Notes: generated by a model from the sequence alone, not told the origin. A stretch of DNA of 64,000 nt from Carpediemonas membranifera BICM (GCA_019828565.1 JAHDYR010000005.1:1-64000), one strand, 5' to 3'; numbered from the stretch's first letter, positions 20,535 to 34,254 are shown. Translations and numbers: made by a program.

Positions 20535-20616
20535 GACACTGTGGCCGAGTGGTTAAGGCGACAGATTAGAAATCTGTTTCCCTCTGGGAGCATGGGTTCA
20601 AATCCCATCGGTGTCG
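20535..20616 (+). tRNA. tRNA-Ser(AGA)
   Basis: GACACTG/CGGTGTC stem, ACAGA-TTAGAAA-TCTGT, long variable arm, G discriminator. Confidence 0.95.
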
Positions 20617-20806
20617 AACTTTATTGCATCAGCGCGGAAGGTGAGGCGGCCAGATTTTGCTGGCCACACAACATATACACTCTTACCCAAGGACCTGCCG
20701 TCCACACAGCTGCTCAATGCTAGCTGACCCAGCGGCTCTTTGCGCGCTGCGGTACCGGGCGTCTCTGTGACTGCTCACCGGTTCGATGGATTTTATGGGT
20801 TGTGGC

Positions 20807-21928
20807 TTAGTGCTCCAATAGTGTGCGCGCTGTGCGCCGCAATTGCGTGGGATGATTACGCATGGCCTCTCCGATATACGGCCTAAGTGAATTCCCGTTG
20901 GCCCAAGTGCCGAGCTGGAGGAGCGTTTCGACTGGCATGCCGGAGAGGGCGAGCTCTGACGCAGCTCCCTTGCGGAAACTGTGTAAACCGACGCGGTCGT
21001 TGTTGAAGGCGCGTTTCAGCTCGTTTCTCAACGCTCTCATGATGGCTGGGTGCCTCTTGCTAACTTTTGTGGAAGCTGTGACGGCCCGCCAGATGCAGGC
21101 GTCAGGCGGGAGGGACAGGCCCGCGAGCCACCTCTTAAGAGCAAGGGCGGGATTGAAAGGCCCCAGGAGAACGTTAGGTAGAGACTTTGTCACTCGTGTC
21201 ATGGTCTTGGTCCTCCTTAATCTCAGGCGGGCATCACCATTCGCTGCGAACGAGATGTCGGCTGGCGTGAGGCGGAAGATCTCCGCTCCCCCTACTGACT
21301 GTGATGTAAGCGAACGCCGCGAACATGGTCGCCTGGTAAGTGGCTATGTCCTTGTTCCTCTCTGCTAGAGCCCGGATCATGGCCTCCTTGAAGACCGGCG
21401 CGGAGCCGCCCGTCATGCCGTCGATGTTGGCGTGCCCTGAGATGCCTCTGCGGATTTGCGAGCAGTACTGGCCGGCAACCCAGTCAGAGACGAGAGGAGC
21501 CAGTTGCTCGATCCAATAGCCCTTCCTCTCGACTGTTGCCGGAGAGAAGTGCTCGGCCTGCTCCTCGAGGAAGGAGCGGTACTCGTCGGTGTCGTCCTCT
21601 TCCGGGTCTCTGGCTGCCAGGAACGCGGTGATGTAGCCCGCTACCGTTCTCTTGGACTCATCTCTTCGCATGTGTGCAAGGCTGGGGTGGTTGCGGACGC
21701 GCTCGAAAAACGTCGGGAAGGCGAGGGCTAGCAGGCGAACTGTGCCGTTCGGGCGCTGCGTGTATTTGAGAGCAGCCTGGTCCTCGGCGGCGAGCTGACT
21801 GTGGTGTACCGAGAAGGTCAACTTGCAGGTTGCTCTGGACTTGAGGAGGCGGAGCTCTGGCGCGACTGTGTATGGTACGACGAGGAAAAGTGATGCCGGC
21901 CAGGCTCTTGGGGGGAACGTAGTCGGGG
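20807..21928 (-). CDS. DIRS-D MT C-terminus + YR, inverted copy (frameshift ~21290)
   Basis: Reverse complement of 56451-57571. Confidence 0.85.
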
Positions 21929-21947
21929 TCCCTGGGGTCGACATCAA

Positions 21948-24900
21948 CAACAGGGGATGGCAACCGAGAACCAGAGCGATGATGGCAGTGACAGTGGCAA
22001 CTCAACGGAGACCGATTAAGCAGGGTAAAGTGGTATTCTTTGAGAGTGATAGTGACAGTTGTGAGTTCTTTTCTTTTAATCCAACCCTGGCTCCCACCCA
22101 GGGTCCGGCATTAGCTGAAATGCACTGCCGGTGGGCTGTGGCGGCAGCCAAAGGGGGGGTCACGCCAATGCGCCCCCTCCTAAGTATCCCCTGCCCGAAG
22201 GTAAGGATGGTCACCAGGGTAACCCATAGTTGGCCCGCCATGGGTAACCGGAGCCGGCACGAAGGCCCCGTGACGGGACAAGGGCAGATTGCAGGGAATT
22301 TCCGAAAATTCGCAGGATAGGAAAGACGGAGTACAAGAATGGAAACGATCAAGATAGCGAGCCTGAACACTGAGGGACACATCGGGAAGGGAAAGGACTT
22401 CACGGCCTCAATGGCAACGGCTATAAGGATGAAACTGAGCGACACAGATGCAGTATGCATCCAAGAAACGTGGAGGACGGCGAATACGAGGGTACACAAC
22501 TTCATAGACTTCGACTACGCAATGGCAGGGAAGGAAACAGAGGAGGAGCTTGCTATGGACAACGAGAGGAGGAAGAAAGAAGCCCAAAGCCAGCGCCGAA
22601 TAGATGCCCAGCTGGGCATAGCAGGGAGCAGTAGCCGGACGCCCAGGACGAGGGGTACTAGAGAAGGAGTGGGCACAATCATCAACCCAAGAGCAAGAGG
22701 GAGCTGGGACGTAGGCATCACAGATAGCTTATCAGGGAGGATACAGGTGAGCATACTCAGAACCCATAGGGACATCCTGGTGATCAACGTGTATGGCCCA
22801 CCGGTCGGCCACGGAAGGGAGGAGAAGGACGAGTTCAGGGACGGAATAAGGAGCATTCTGGAGATGAAAGGAGAGATGGAAACAATCATCATAGGGGACT
22901 GGAACCTCGACCCCAGAAGGATAGCCACAATGGCAAGATGGAAGGACCTGATCAGGGACTATAAGCTGGGAGCAGTGATCCCCATGGAAGGTACCCTCAC
23001 CAAGGGAACTACCACTCCGGACTTCGCGCTGGTATCATCAGGGATCAGAGGAGCAAGGATAGAAGTACTGGATGCTAGTCGACTCGGAGTCTGGGGGTCA
23101 GCCCACAACATGATAAGACTGGAATGGAGGGAACAACGGATCCAACGGACTACAAAGAGAGAGGAAGTCCTAGACATACCGGGCGTCAGAGTGTGGAACA
23201 TGAGGAAGAAGGCTGAACGCACATCAGTCAGAAGACTGCACCGTTTTAAGAGCCTGGATGAGTGGGAGGAGGATATCAGGAAGGATATGGGCGAGCCGTC
23301 AGGTCACCCAGGCAGTGGATACAGGGAAGAGGTCATCAAAGAAAAGGTGTGGTCGGAGCTCCGGCACACACCATGGACAGAAGAGGGAAACAAGACCAGA
23401 AGTGAGATCATGAAGCGTGAGCTACAGGCCTTCTGGGGAAAACGCAGGGAAGAGTGGATCCAGGACCTCAGCGGGAGCGCGAAGGAAGGATACAAAGCAT
23501 CCAGGTCCATGGTGGAAGCAGCGGTAAGAAGATGGTGGTGTGAAAACCAGTTCAAGGGCATGCCAGAGAGCATACTGAAGGACGGGAAGATTACCACCAA
23601 CAAGGAAGAAATAGGTAAGATCCTCCTACAACAGTATGCAGGAGTGAGCAGGGGCAGGGAACCGGAGTGGAAGGATAGAGGCAATGGAAAGAGGGAGGAC
23701 GAATTTAAGGAGAGAGAAATACGAGAAGCGATCAGAAGGATAAAGAGGGACACTGCACCGGGACCGGACCACACTACAGGGGACATGCTCAGGGACACAG
23801 ATGACCAGGGGATCGCTCAGATAACTAGGCTCATGAACAGGGTATACAGGGAGGGCAAGATCCCGACAACATGGAAGTATGCTACAGTCTCGGCCATCCA
23901 CAAGACAGGGAAGCCCAGAGTGAAGCCGGAGTCGTACAGACCCATCTCGCTAACACCACTACTGTATAGGGTGTATGGTAGGCTCCTGAAGAGAAGATTA
24001 GAAGCAGCCACATGGCACCTCATCCCAAGAGAGCAAGCAGGGTTCCAATCGGATAAGGACGTAATACAACAGATACAATACATCGTGCAGAGACACCAGG
24101 AAGGGGGGGAGACCACGTCGATCTTCCTAGACATAGAGAAAGCCTATGACACCGTCCCGAGGGACATCCTCATGGATAAGCTGCAGGGAATGGGGGTCGA
24201 AGACCACCTCATCAGGGCAATACAGAGTACACTAGAAGAGACATGGATCTCGGTGAAGGGGGCAGGGTCATGGGAGAGAACAAACAGGGGAGTGAAGCAA
24301 GGATGTGTCCTAGCGCCGACCCTGTTCGTTTTGTTCATGGCAAACTGGCCTCACCTGGTCAGGAAGAAGCATCAGGGACAAGAGTACGATATCAGGGAAC
24401 CACCAACGGAGTTACCAAGAGTCCGGGACACGCTGCCGGCCACCCTAACCATGTTCGTGGACGATACAGCGGTCACAGGGGAGACACCGGAAAAGAGTAA
24501 GATAGTGGCGAACCTAGTCATAGAAGTTATCAAGGAGCACCTCATGAGGGCAAATGCACAAAAGAGTGAGATGATCAGTGTAGACAGGGCAGCAGTGGCG
24601 AGAGTGGGGGAGTTACCCTAATGGCAAAAGAGGAAGCTAAGTACCTAGGTCTCTGGATAGCCAGCGGAAAAGACCCACTGGCAGCCTGTATCAGAAAGAA
24701 GCGGGAGCAGAGCGAAAGGTACAAGAAGCTAGTGAGAAGAGTGGGATGGACCAGAGGCAACATGCCGGCGCTAGCCAGCAGGATCCTCCTCGAAGTTTAC
24801 ATATGGCCGAGGATAATGTTTGGAGTGGAGGTGTGGGGCTACGCAGCAGGGGGGAACAAGATATGGACGGATTGGCAGGGCATCATGGCCGGAACAGGCC

Positions 24901-26553
24901 CAGGTGGGGGCTCGGTCATGCGCATCTTGAACGGATGGATGGACCTGCAAGCCCACCTGGAGATTCTAGCAGTCAAGAGGATCGTGACAAGCAGGGGCCA
25001 GGATATACCAATCAGATACAGGGTCTGGAAGGAGGGATCGATTATGTGGAAAGCCAGGGACTCAGTGAACGCACTCCTCAGAGGAACAAGAGAGGGAGCA
25101 ACGAATGCAGGGAAGATAGACTTTGGTAGGGAGATGGTAAGAATGAACTGGACCAGGAGGTGCAAGAGCAAGACAGCGGTGGGGCTCATGGAAGTCCTAG
25201 GACCCAAACGTATGGGAAAGTGCATGGCGGGGAAACCGGCCATAAGTAGGAAGACAGGGAAGTGGCAGTCAAGGGCAGAGTGGAAAAGGATAGTGTCGGT
25301 GGCAGCGAATGTCAGCCCGTCTCCATCATCAGCGGAAAGGGGAGAAGGCCCAGAGCGAGCGCTGGCGGACCTGGCGATGGGTGAGGAACTCAAACACAAG
25401 ATACAAAGGAGGTGCCCCCTGTGCACAAAGGAGAGCGAGATAGAGTTACTGTGGCAAATAGCGAGAGAGCAGCCAAACCAAGCCAGGAAGCAGGCACTAA
25501 TCAGGGAGTGGGTAAGGGGTCAGCCGCTGGGATCGGCGGCCCACATTATGTGTGAGTGCCCAGAGGTTGAAAGAGGAGATGACTGGGAAAAGATATGGAA
25601 GACAGCTAAGGAGAGGACCAGGGAATTGCAAGTCAGAAGAGGCCCGAATGGGTGGTATGAGAAGAGGCCAATCTTAGAGGTGCAACAACTAGTGTTAACA
25701 GGGTCGGAAGAGATATGGGAAGGACTGCGAGCTGGGCTGAGAGCCCTGGCAAAGGTCTATGATAGCTATAGAATAGATGGATAGATAAGGAACACCACAT
25801 CCAGAAAGGGGGCAGGGAAGCATAGACTCTGGGATCAAGGGGAGACCCTTTTTCCCAGGGAGAGGGCAGGGCCAGGGACAGAGGAAATCCATCAATTGGA
25901 TGGTTGCACCACTCGCGGTGAACCTAAGGAAACTGCAGGGACTGAGCATGGGATACGGGGGGACATGACGTCCCCGCCGCCCTTGTGAACGATAGAGGGA
26001 CGCTGGGAAGTGTAGCACAAGAGAACTATCATAAGGGGTACTAGGCCTTGCAGATCTAGAGTCTGTGTTAGCCCTAGCCCACGCCGCCTAACAGGGGTAG
26101 ATGAGAGGGACTTAGTTGCTTTCCCCGCCCACGGGTAGGCCACTTAACAGGGTCGTGGGGGCACTGAACAGGGAATCTGGAAAGATGAGAGGGTGCCATG
26201 CTTGAACGACCCCGTAGGGACTGCAGGGAATCATGGAGTGCTATAGAGAAGGTCTTGCAGGACAAAACTGCCTGTGGAAGCACCGAGGACAGACCCCCAG
26301 GCTCCCTGGAAGCTGCCGGGTTTACAGGGAGACAGGAAAGCGCTCAGCGCACGGAGATGGCGAAGGCCTATGGGGGGAAGTGAAATCGGGAGTGAGCGGA
26401 AGCAGTAGCACCGAATCGCTCGTTGGACGCAGCTGACAAGTTCAATCGCAGGGAGGAGGCAGCGCCCCGGGGAACTCGGCTCCAGTAATAAGGGAGATCA
26501 GCCTAAGTAACCGGGGCCCGATACCAGGCACCATAAATTTTTCTTTCTTTCTT
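21948..26553 (+). mobile_element. LINE La, full length, single APE-RT ORF, (TTTC)n tail
   Basis: 19-bp TSD TCCCTGGGGTCGACATCAA at 21929-21947 and 26554-26572. Confidence 0.93.
22339..25784 (+). CDS. La APE endonuclease-RT-zinc finger (frameshift ~24610)
   Basis: ASLN, CIQET, NVYGP, GDWN, SAH; YRPISL, LDIEKAYD, GVKQG, FVDD; CPLC..HIMCEC. Confidence 0.92.
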
Positions 26554-26882
26554 TCCCTGGGGTCGACATCAAGCGCTGGCATATCTTCGGGATGAAGCTC
26601 GGGTGTGGGGCAGCGAACACGCGTTTGTCCGTCCAGTCCCTCTCCAGCCCATCGGGCCAACCCTGCTTGGCGAAGCCTGGCAGGGCCAGAGAGCGGTCTG
26701 GGTGTGCAGTCGCATCTGAGTCGACCGGCCCCCACCTCAGCATCATGATCTCCAATATATGGCGTGGTGTGTGGAGGGGCTCTAGCGGCACGCCTCGTGA
26801 GAGCCTGTCGGCCGTAATGTTGAGGTGTCCTGGTGTGTGGCGTGCCTTGATCAGGATGTTCTTCTCCTCTAGCTCCCGATAA

Positions 26883-29800
26883 GAAAGAAATTTAACGTAT
26901 CCTGTACACCTGTGTAAATCAGGGAATTACCAGTTTGCACCACCCCATGTCCCCGGGAACGCCTTAGCGTGTTGACTTCCCTTCGTGAGCGAGCCTGATA
27001 CTACGTTGGGGGCGTTAGCACCATCACCGTCAGGGTCCAGCTGGTAAGGCTGGGTAGTCCCTTGCATGTTGACCTATCAACTGGCTGGCCCGATACCCCC
27101 AAATTCGGGATAACCCAGGTCTTACTCTTGGGGGTCCTTCGGGCCCCCGTTCTGCCTGGCACCCGCAAGGCCTTGCCCTGCACACCCGCCACCGGGGCCT
27201 TCTGCTCGGTTTCCCCTACAGGGCTCCTCTCAGGGATATGTTCTCCATACCATTCGACCCAGTTTGCAATTTTTCAGGCACCCGCCGAAGCGGTTTCGGG
27301 CTTGGCGTTTGCCGTACCACGCAATTGGGCCAGTTATGAAACCCACCGATCATCGCTGGGTAGCTATATGATTCACGGCTGCGTTCGGGCTCTTCCACAC
27401 TTTCCGTTTCGGCATGGATCCCCTCCTCAAGGATTTGTTCCCTATAGGGCTTCTTCCTAGCTTCCGGCTGGTTCCAAGTTTTGGGTGCCGGGCCGTTCGG
27501 CGCAGCTCTGATTTGGTCCAGGTGCCGCCCAGGTGGTATTGTTGCCTTATGGTTACCCTCCTGTTTGGCTGCTGCGCCCCGATACCTCGCACGTACGTGT
27601 ATACATGTGCATACGTGCCCCGCCCTATGGCTCTGGGTTATTTCTTATACGTGTGAAGAGTGTGCCGGTTCTGCCGGCTGAATGTTGTCTACGTTCCCAG
27701 TATGGGTGAGCGTTTGTGTGTTAGCGAGATTAGTGTTCGGGGTTGAGTCCCCCTTCCGCGGCTGGGTGCTACCGGGATACGTGGGCTTGCGTCCCCCGCT
27801 GATCCCAGGAGCGCTCCGCTTCGGTTGAGGCGGGGGTTGGGTCCCAGTTTGACCCTGGTCCCAGAGGTCATAGGATTCTGGGATGGTGTACTTACCCGTC
27901 TTTCCGGAGGTTCAGAAGGGCACGTCTGCCGTTCTGCAGTCCCTCTCTGACGGTATGGTCCTCGCTGCGGAGGAGCCAGAGCATTTCCAGGATTGCCCTT
28001 GAGTTGTACCACTCCGCCTCCTGCCCTTGCCTTAGGGCGTGGTACTGTGTGCGTAGATGCGCCTCCGCCAGGATGTCATTCCATCCTTCTGGGCGTTCTA
28101 CCGCCTTGCATTGGCAGATGATGTGGCTTTGTGTTCCCAGGGGCTTGTTGTATGCCCATTCTGAGAGGATTTTGGTGGTTTCCGCCGCGGTTCTGGTGAC
28201 AGTGTACAGGCGAGTAATGGTGTCACCTTCTGAGTCCAGGGTACATAGGGGGCAACACCGCTTGATCCTGCTCAGGAGGGCCTGGGGCTGGCCGATCGCG
28301 CTCCCAAGTGAAAAATGGCTCTGCTTCTGCCACTGTTGCTGGGGGAGGGGAGTGTGTTGGATGCAGTCATGATTACTCTCTTGACTTCCCGTCTGGTTAT
28401 CATCTCACCCTTGATCATTCCTGGTTTCTTGGGTCTCTTCCCTTGCTGCATGCTGAGGATGACTTCCGGGGCTAGTACTGTTGCCACCCCTTTGGCCGTT
28501 CGGCTCCCCGGTGTGCAGTAGTTCTTCTGCTGTGAGGGTCCAGCCTCCCCTCTTTGCTCTTTCCCTGGCGGGAATCTCCTCCTGTGTGCCCTGGAGGACG
28601 CTCCGTCGCCATTGGTAGAGGCGATGTAAGACCGATCCTCTCTCCGCTGTCGCCCAGTCCAGATTCCCTAGGGGGTCGGACGGTCCGGGTCGTGCGCAGA
28701 CTCATAGAGCCTCACCGCTCTCTGCCCCATATCTGCCTCCCAGCACATCCATCCCATTAGTACACGGGCGGCTCCTCCTCCCCCTGGTCCTGTGCCTGCC
28801 ATTAGGCCGCGCCAGTTGTTCCAGATGGCTCTTCCCCTGGCGCTTGGCCCCAGATCTCGATCCCGAACTCGATCTTGGGCCAGAGGAAGGTTCTGAGGAT
28901 GGATTCCGAGGTGGCGGCCGGGGTGGATCCTTTGGTCCACCCTGCTCTCCTGCCAGGGCTAGGTATTTCCGGGATTGTGACGTCTTCATTTTTGATGCAT
29001 GCTGCCAACGGATTCTTCCCGCTGGCTAGCCAGAGTCCCAGATACCTTGCTGAGTCTGACGCCAGTGTGGGAGTTCCTTGGATGCTGACCGCTGCAGTTA
29101 CGTCGGTACTTATCACCACACTTTTTGCCTGGGCTGGTCTGGAGTCCATGGGCTTCAATTACCCTGACCACTGCGTCTGTGCCTTCTTCGGCGAGCTGCG
29201 GGGTCTCGGCTGAGATGCTTGTATCATCTACAAACATTGCAATGAGGCAGTTTTTGGGCCTATCGTCCGTTGGAGGGAGGCAGGGGTCCGGGATCTCTCT
29301 ATGCCGGAGGTACAGTGCCGCCTGGCTTAGCCAGTTAGCTGTGAAGAGAATGAACAGAGTGGGGGCCACCACACATCCTTGCTTGACCCCCATGTTTGTT
29401 CTGGACCATGTGCTTGCCCCTCGTACCGAGATGTACGTTTCTGTAAGTGTATTTCGGATGGCCCTCGTCAGTCTTGGGTGTACCCCCCATGAGCGTCAAC
29501 TTGTTCACCAGCAGGTCCCTTGGGACCGTATCATATGCTTTTGCTATGTCAAGTAGGACGCTGGTACGGTTTCCGGACTGGTGGAGTTGGGCTAGGAGGG
29601 CTATGTGATCCACTACAGTTTTCCCTTTCATGAACCCAACTTGCTCTCTGGGGATGAACTTCTCCACCGTCGGCCTGAGGCGCCATTTCAGTATCCTCCC
29701 GTAGGCTCTGTATAGGAGGGGGGGTGAGGGAGATCGGTCTGTACGAGCTGGGCGTGAGCTTGTCCTTCCCAACCTTGTGGATAGGCGACACCGCTGCATA

Positions 29801-30957
29801 CTTCCATGTGGTTGGCATGGTCCCGCTGTCGTATACTTTCGCGAGCAGGACTGTGATTGCCTCGTACGCTGACTCGGGGAGGTCCCTCAGACAATCTCCA
29901 ATAATCCCGTCCGGGCCTCCGGCCGAGGACTTCCTTATGGACTTGACCGCCGCTGTCACTTCTTCAAGCGATGGCGGATGGTCCTCCATGTCCGTTTCCG
30001 GCTCGGTTTCCCAGGTGGGTTCCCAGGTGGGTTCCTTCCCGGAGCTTACCTTCGCGTACTGCTCCTGGAGGGAGTCTGCAATCTCCCTCTGCCTTGCTAG
30101 AATCTTGTTTCCAGCCTTCAGCATCACCGGGAGACCGGCGTGCTGCTTCTCGTTCCAGAAGCGGAACACTTGGTTTGCGAGGATCCTTTTTGTCGTTTTG
30201 TACCCATCACGGGATCCAACCTCAACCTGCTCATTCCAGTCATGTTGGAAGGTCCTCCATGATCTGCTCAGTGCTCCGTTGAGGGACTTTTTGATATCTT
30301 TGGCGGCGGTTTTGCTCCAGGTGGAGGCTTTGGCCAGCCGTTCCCATACCTCACTAGGGATACGTTCCTGGTTTTCTACAGCGAATGGGTGCCTTCTGGA
30401 GGTAGCAAACCCGGTGGACAACCATTTCCTTATGAGAGTCTCCATCTCGTCCACTGGTATTTTGCTGTCTAGTGGTGGCCACTCTTCTAGCTTGGGCCCT
30501 GTTCTCCTGGGTTTGACCAGCCACGTATCGATCCGTGGGATTTCCAGTCTCTTTGATATCTCTGGTTTCCCTGTCGGGTTGCTATCCCAGGTGAGCTCTA
30601 TGGCTTTGTGTGCCGACCCCCAGTGCCCGATTGTGGTCTTGTCTATTACCCTAACAACCGGGTTTTGGATACCCCCTGTTACCGCTGCATAGTCTATTGT
30701 GGACGTTCGGGAGTTAGTCCCGTACGTCGGTGCAGTTGGTGCTATTGGGGTGAGGTTCCATCGCTGGAGGGTCATCGCAGTTGCTTGCCTGAGTTTCCCT
30801 GGCCTCCTGTTCCAGTCCCCGATGATGATGATGTCACACCCCTCATAGTTCGCGACGGTTTGCTCTAGCATCCGGTCGAACTCCTCAATCTCGGGTCGTG
30901 CACATCCACTATCGGGAGCGTAGATATTGATGACTGCCGTGGCCCTCGATGCTTTGA
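26883..30957 (-). mobile_element. LINE Lb, 5'-truncated, inverted copy
   Basis: 18-bp TSD 26865-26882 / 30958-30975; reverse complement of 41157-45232. Confidence 0.9.
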
Positions 30958-31306
30958 TCCTCTAGCTCCCGATAAAGCGTCCTGAGGGTTAGCAGAGCCA
31001 GCGGTGGAGCTTTGGTTGAGCCCTGCTTGTTGATCCACGCCATGCAGGTTGTGTTGTCCGTGAAGACGGTCAAGTGCCTGACCTCGAGCTGTCTCGGAAT
31101 GAGGCGTGAACCTAGGAGGACGGCTACGAGCTCCTTGACGTTGATCGACTCGCCGCTGAGAGCTGCGCGGAAAGTCCCCTTGGCAGACCGAGGCTGTGTC
31201 TCGTTGAACCAGTGAGCGCCCCATCCCTCGCCCGACGCGTCGGTCGAGATTGTGAGCTGGAGGTCTGCTGAGCGAGAACACATGTTCTTCAGCTCCGCGA
31301 AGGAGC

Positions 31307-32529
31307 TGTGCCGTGCTAGGGCCCAGAAATATGATAAAGACTGTTTACGAATTCCGCAGGTTAAGGGCACACTTCCCTCCCAGTGCGTGTCGCACGACTA
31401 ACGGCGACCGCTCCTGCGGAACTTCTTCTTAGCACTCTCAAACATCGGCTTGAGACCAGGATTGAGCTCGAGATAACTGTCGATAGCCTCGAGCTGGTCG
31501 TAGTAGCGATTATAGGGGATGTATGAGTCCTCGTCGGGGGTGAGGCCTTCCCAACGGATCAGTAGCTCCAGAGAGCCGTTCTTCTTCTTACGGTGGCCTA
31601 CGACTGCCTCCACGGGTTGTTCATCTTGCTCGTAGGCGGCAATTTCCTCGAGCTCCTTCTCCGTGAGGCCGTCGGCGTGGAATGTGACGAGTCGGTCTGC
31701 GTGGACTGTGGCGACGCACTTCGACACGAGATCCATCACCTTGTAGGTGTTGGGGTGATCGCCCTTCCCCTCCATGCGGAGCGGTCCGCGCAGAGGCGGG
31801 AGTAGCTTGGTCGGCGGCTTGCCCGGGTATCTCAGCAGGACGTAGGTTTCGTTCTCCCAGGCCCGTGTGCTGTCCGAGGAGCCTGCAGCCTTGTTTACCT
31901 CGTAGGCTTTGACCTTGATCGCGGCAAGTTGTTGGAGCGACGTGACGTGGGCCTGGAAGCGGACGATGTCGTCGGCTTCGACTGAGCCAGGCTCGAGCAT
32001 CTGGGTTGCGTTGGTCAGGGCGTCGGGCGCGACGCGCAGCATGGTTGACTTGCGTCCGAACAATAGTTCGAAGGGGCTGAGGCCTGTGGTGGAGTGGCGG
32101 GTGGCGTTGATAACGTGCTGGGCGATGGGCAGGTATGCGGGCCAGTTGTCGTCGCGGGCGTCCAGCAGGAGCGCTCTTAAGCGTCTCATGACGGTACCAT
32201 TCAGGCGTTCGACTACGCCGTTGCTGGCCGGATGATATGCCGTACTGAACCGGTGCTTGAAACTCAGTCGCTCGTTCATCTCCTCGACTAGGGCATTCCT
32301 GAACTGTGTACCTTGGTCAGACTGGAGCTCGGCCGGGACGCCGAAAGTCGCCCAGATCTCCAGCAATGCGGCTGCTGCCTCGGCTGCGCTCGTTGACCGT
32401 GTGGGCTTCAATATGGTGAACTTCGAGAACACGTCCACCACCGTGATGACGTACTTGAGACCGTCTCTCTCGGGCAAAGGGCCAATGGTGTCCACCTGCA
32501 CCGTCTCGAATGGGCGGATGCGCTGAGTA
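31307..32529 (-). mobile_element. GyB 3' fragment (integrase-chromodomain, PPT, LTR 31307-31371), inverted copy
   Basis: Matches 49937-51158. Confidence 0.9.
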
Positions 32530-32678
32530 TGTTTGTGGAGAGTTTCACATGAGCTCACGGGCACCCTGGAGTGCCGAGGCGCGGGCGAGACCCCAGCGGG
32601 ACCGGGTCTTCGTGCTAAGAGGTTGAATCTGGTGGCAGTTTCGGATACGAATCGAGGTGATTCGATCCGGGAGAATCG

Positions 32679-33242
32679 ATGGCGCAATCGACTGAAAATG
32701 GAGTCAGACCAAGAGAAATGGCGGAAGAGACCGCCATGTCCACACAAGGACAGCAAATTGAGGTCGAAACAATCGTAGAAACTACCGAAAACGATCAGAC
32801 CAGCAGAATCGCCGATCGGGTCACTTCTTCCATCGCGCCAGCTCTAAGAGCGCTTTCCGAACGGCTTCAGCGGCTCGAAGGCGCTTCACGTACCGCTAAC
32901 GAGGAACAACTGCTTGTAGATCCGTTTACTCTCACGCTCGAGCTTCCTTCTCGCTTCGGCTTACGCGATGAGGCCCGCTTCCTCCGAGAGCTGATGCGTG
33001 ATTGGCGCTTACAGGTTCTCGATGAACAAGGTCTCGAGCTACGCCTTCTCGCACGCTACAAGCTCCTCATGGTCAAGGACGAGTACGACGACGCCACTTC
33101 TGACCGTGCCGCTAACCTCCTGCGGGCCACTACTATTCGATCCGAAGCTGACATCGACGAGGCTATTGCCAAGGCCAAGTCCAAGGGGGCTCGCAAAGCC
33201 CGTTCTTTTCGCGGACAGGGCAAACGCGAACGCCGCTACTAA
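32679..33242 (+). CDS. DIRS-D gag-like ORF1
   Basis: Same motifs as other ORF1s, basic tail. Confidence 0.8.
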   Translation: MAQSTENGVRPREMAEETAMSTQGQQIEVETIVETTENDQTSRIADRVTSSIAPALRALSERLQRLEGASRTANEEQLLVDPFTLTLELPSRFGLRDEARFLRELMRDWRLQVLDEQGLELRLLARYKLLMVKDEYDDATSDRAANLLRATTIRSEADIDEAIAKAKSKGARKARSFRGQGKRERRY

Positions 33243-33259
33243 CACTTCCTTCAACACCC

Positions 33260-34254
33260 TTGCGATGGAGGGTATGGGAAAGGTTTGGAGCTTCACAGCA
33301 GGTGGTCAATTGGATCCGAGAGGGCATTCCGATCCTCCTCACTCAGTCGCCGCCGCCGCCGCGCCCACAACGTCAGATCGACCCACGCATTATAGCCAAG
33401 CTGCCCAACAGGATCCGGGAGGGTGTAATCGAAGAGGTCACCTCTCCTCAACTTCTGCGCCACTCAGCCCCGCTATTCCCAGTGCTGAAGGGGGCCGACG
33501 ACATCAGCGTCATTCACGATCTCCGCCGTCTCAACAGCATCACAGCCGAGACGCGATCGTTCAGACTCTTCGGTCTCCGCCGGGCTATCAACATGCTGCC
33601 GCAGGGGGCCTTCATGGCGAAGGTAGACCTACACAGCGGCTACTCACAGCTCGGGGTGAGGGAGCGCGACAGAGACTTGCTTGGGGTTGTCCTCCCCGAC
33701 GGCCGCGCGTTCCGCTATCGAGGCCTGTGCTTCGGGTGGCGGGCGGCTCCTTACTTCTTCCAGGCTTCAATGCTGCAGGTCGCCAAGATTATCGCCCTCC
33801 GTTTCAACGTCATCGTGAACGTGTACCTCGACGACTTCTTGTTTGCCACGCAGAAGGAAGCGCACCTCACTGCCGTCCTGCCTCAAATAGTTGAGACCAT
33901 GGAGGTCCTAGGGCTCATCCTGTCAAGGGACAAGTGTATCCTCGTCCCAACCCAGTCTATTGTGTTCCTCGGCATCCTCATCGACACTCGCACCATGTCG
34001 ATTCGCCTTCCCAAGGACCACGCGCAAGCCTATACCGAGGTCCTCAGGCAGGCGCTGGAGGCAGGAAGAGTTGCCAGGAAGGACTGGGAGAAGATCATTG
34101 GGAAGCTCGCATTCTTCGCCACGACTGCATCGAGGGCTACCCTGCAGCTGCGGGAGATGCAACACGAACAGGCAGATGCCACAATAGACATCTCCAGGTG
34201 GCGACACCACATCTCGGCTTGGATTTCGCTGCTACAGACGCGCCCAACACGCTC
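33260..34254 (+). CDS. DIRS-D RT, interrupted by GyB
   Basis: VDLHSGYSQ, LCFGWRAAP, YLDD. Confidence 0.9.

Larger units (their letters stand above)
20483..32529 (-). repeat. Large inverted segmental copy: 20483-20640 = 61511-61354; 20640-26572 = 57738-51800; 26554-32529 = 45561-39587
   Basis: Mirror ORFs and identical insertion junctions. Confidence 0.92.

Noticed and set aside
20483-20608. N-terminus of the 242-aa YR ORF
   Set aside because: It is antisense tRNA-Ser read across a rearrangement junction; similar chimeric starts at 4673, 32756, 36811, 36873, 40744 and 51095
22085-22160. HDV-like ribozyme in La 5' UTR
   Set aside because: Could not build the P1/P2/P3 nested order by eye
24600-24625. 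Programmed frameshifts in pol/LINE ORFs
   Set aside because: Mostly in homopolymers and different between duplicate copies, so likely sequencing indels
29724-30692. Long antisense ORFs over RT/YR genes (also 2592-3311, 42505-43320, 60384-61202)
   Set aside because: Shadow frames of GC-rich coding sequence with no motifs
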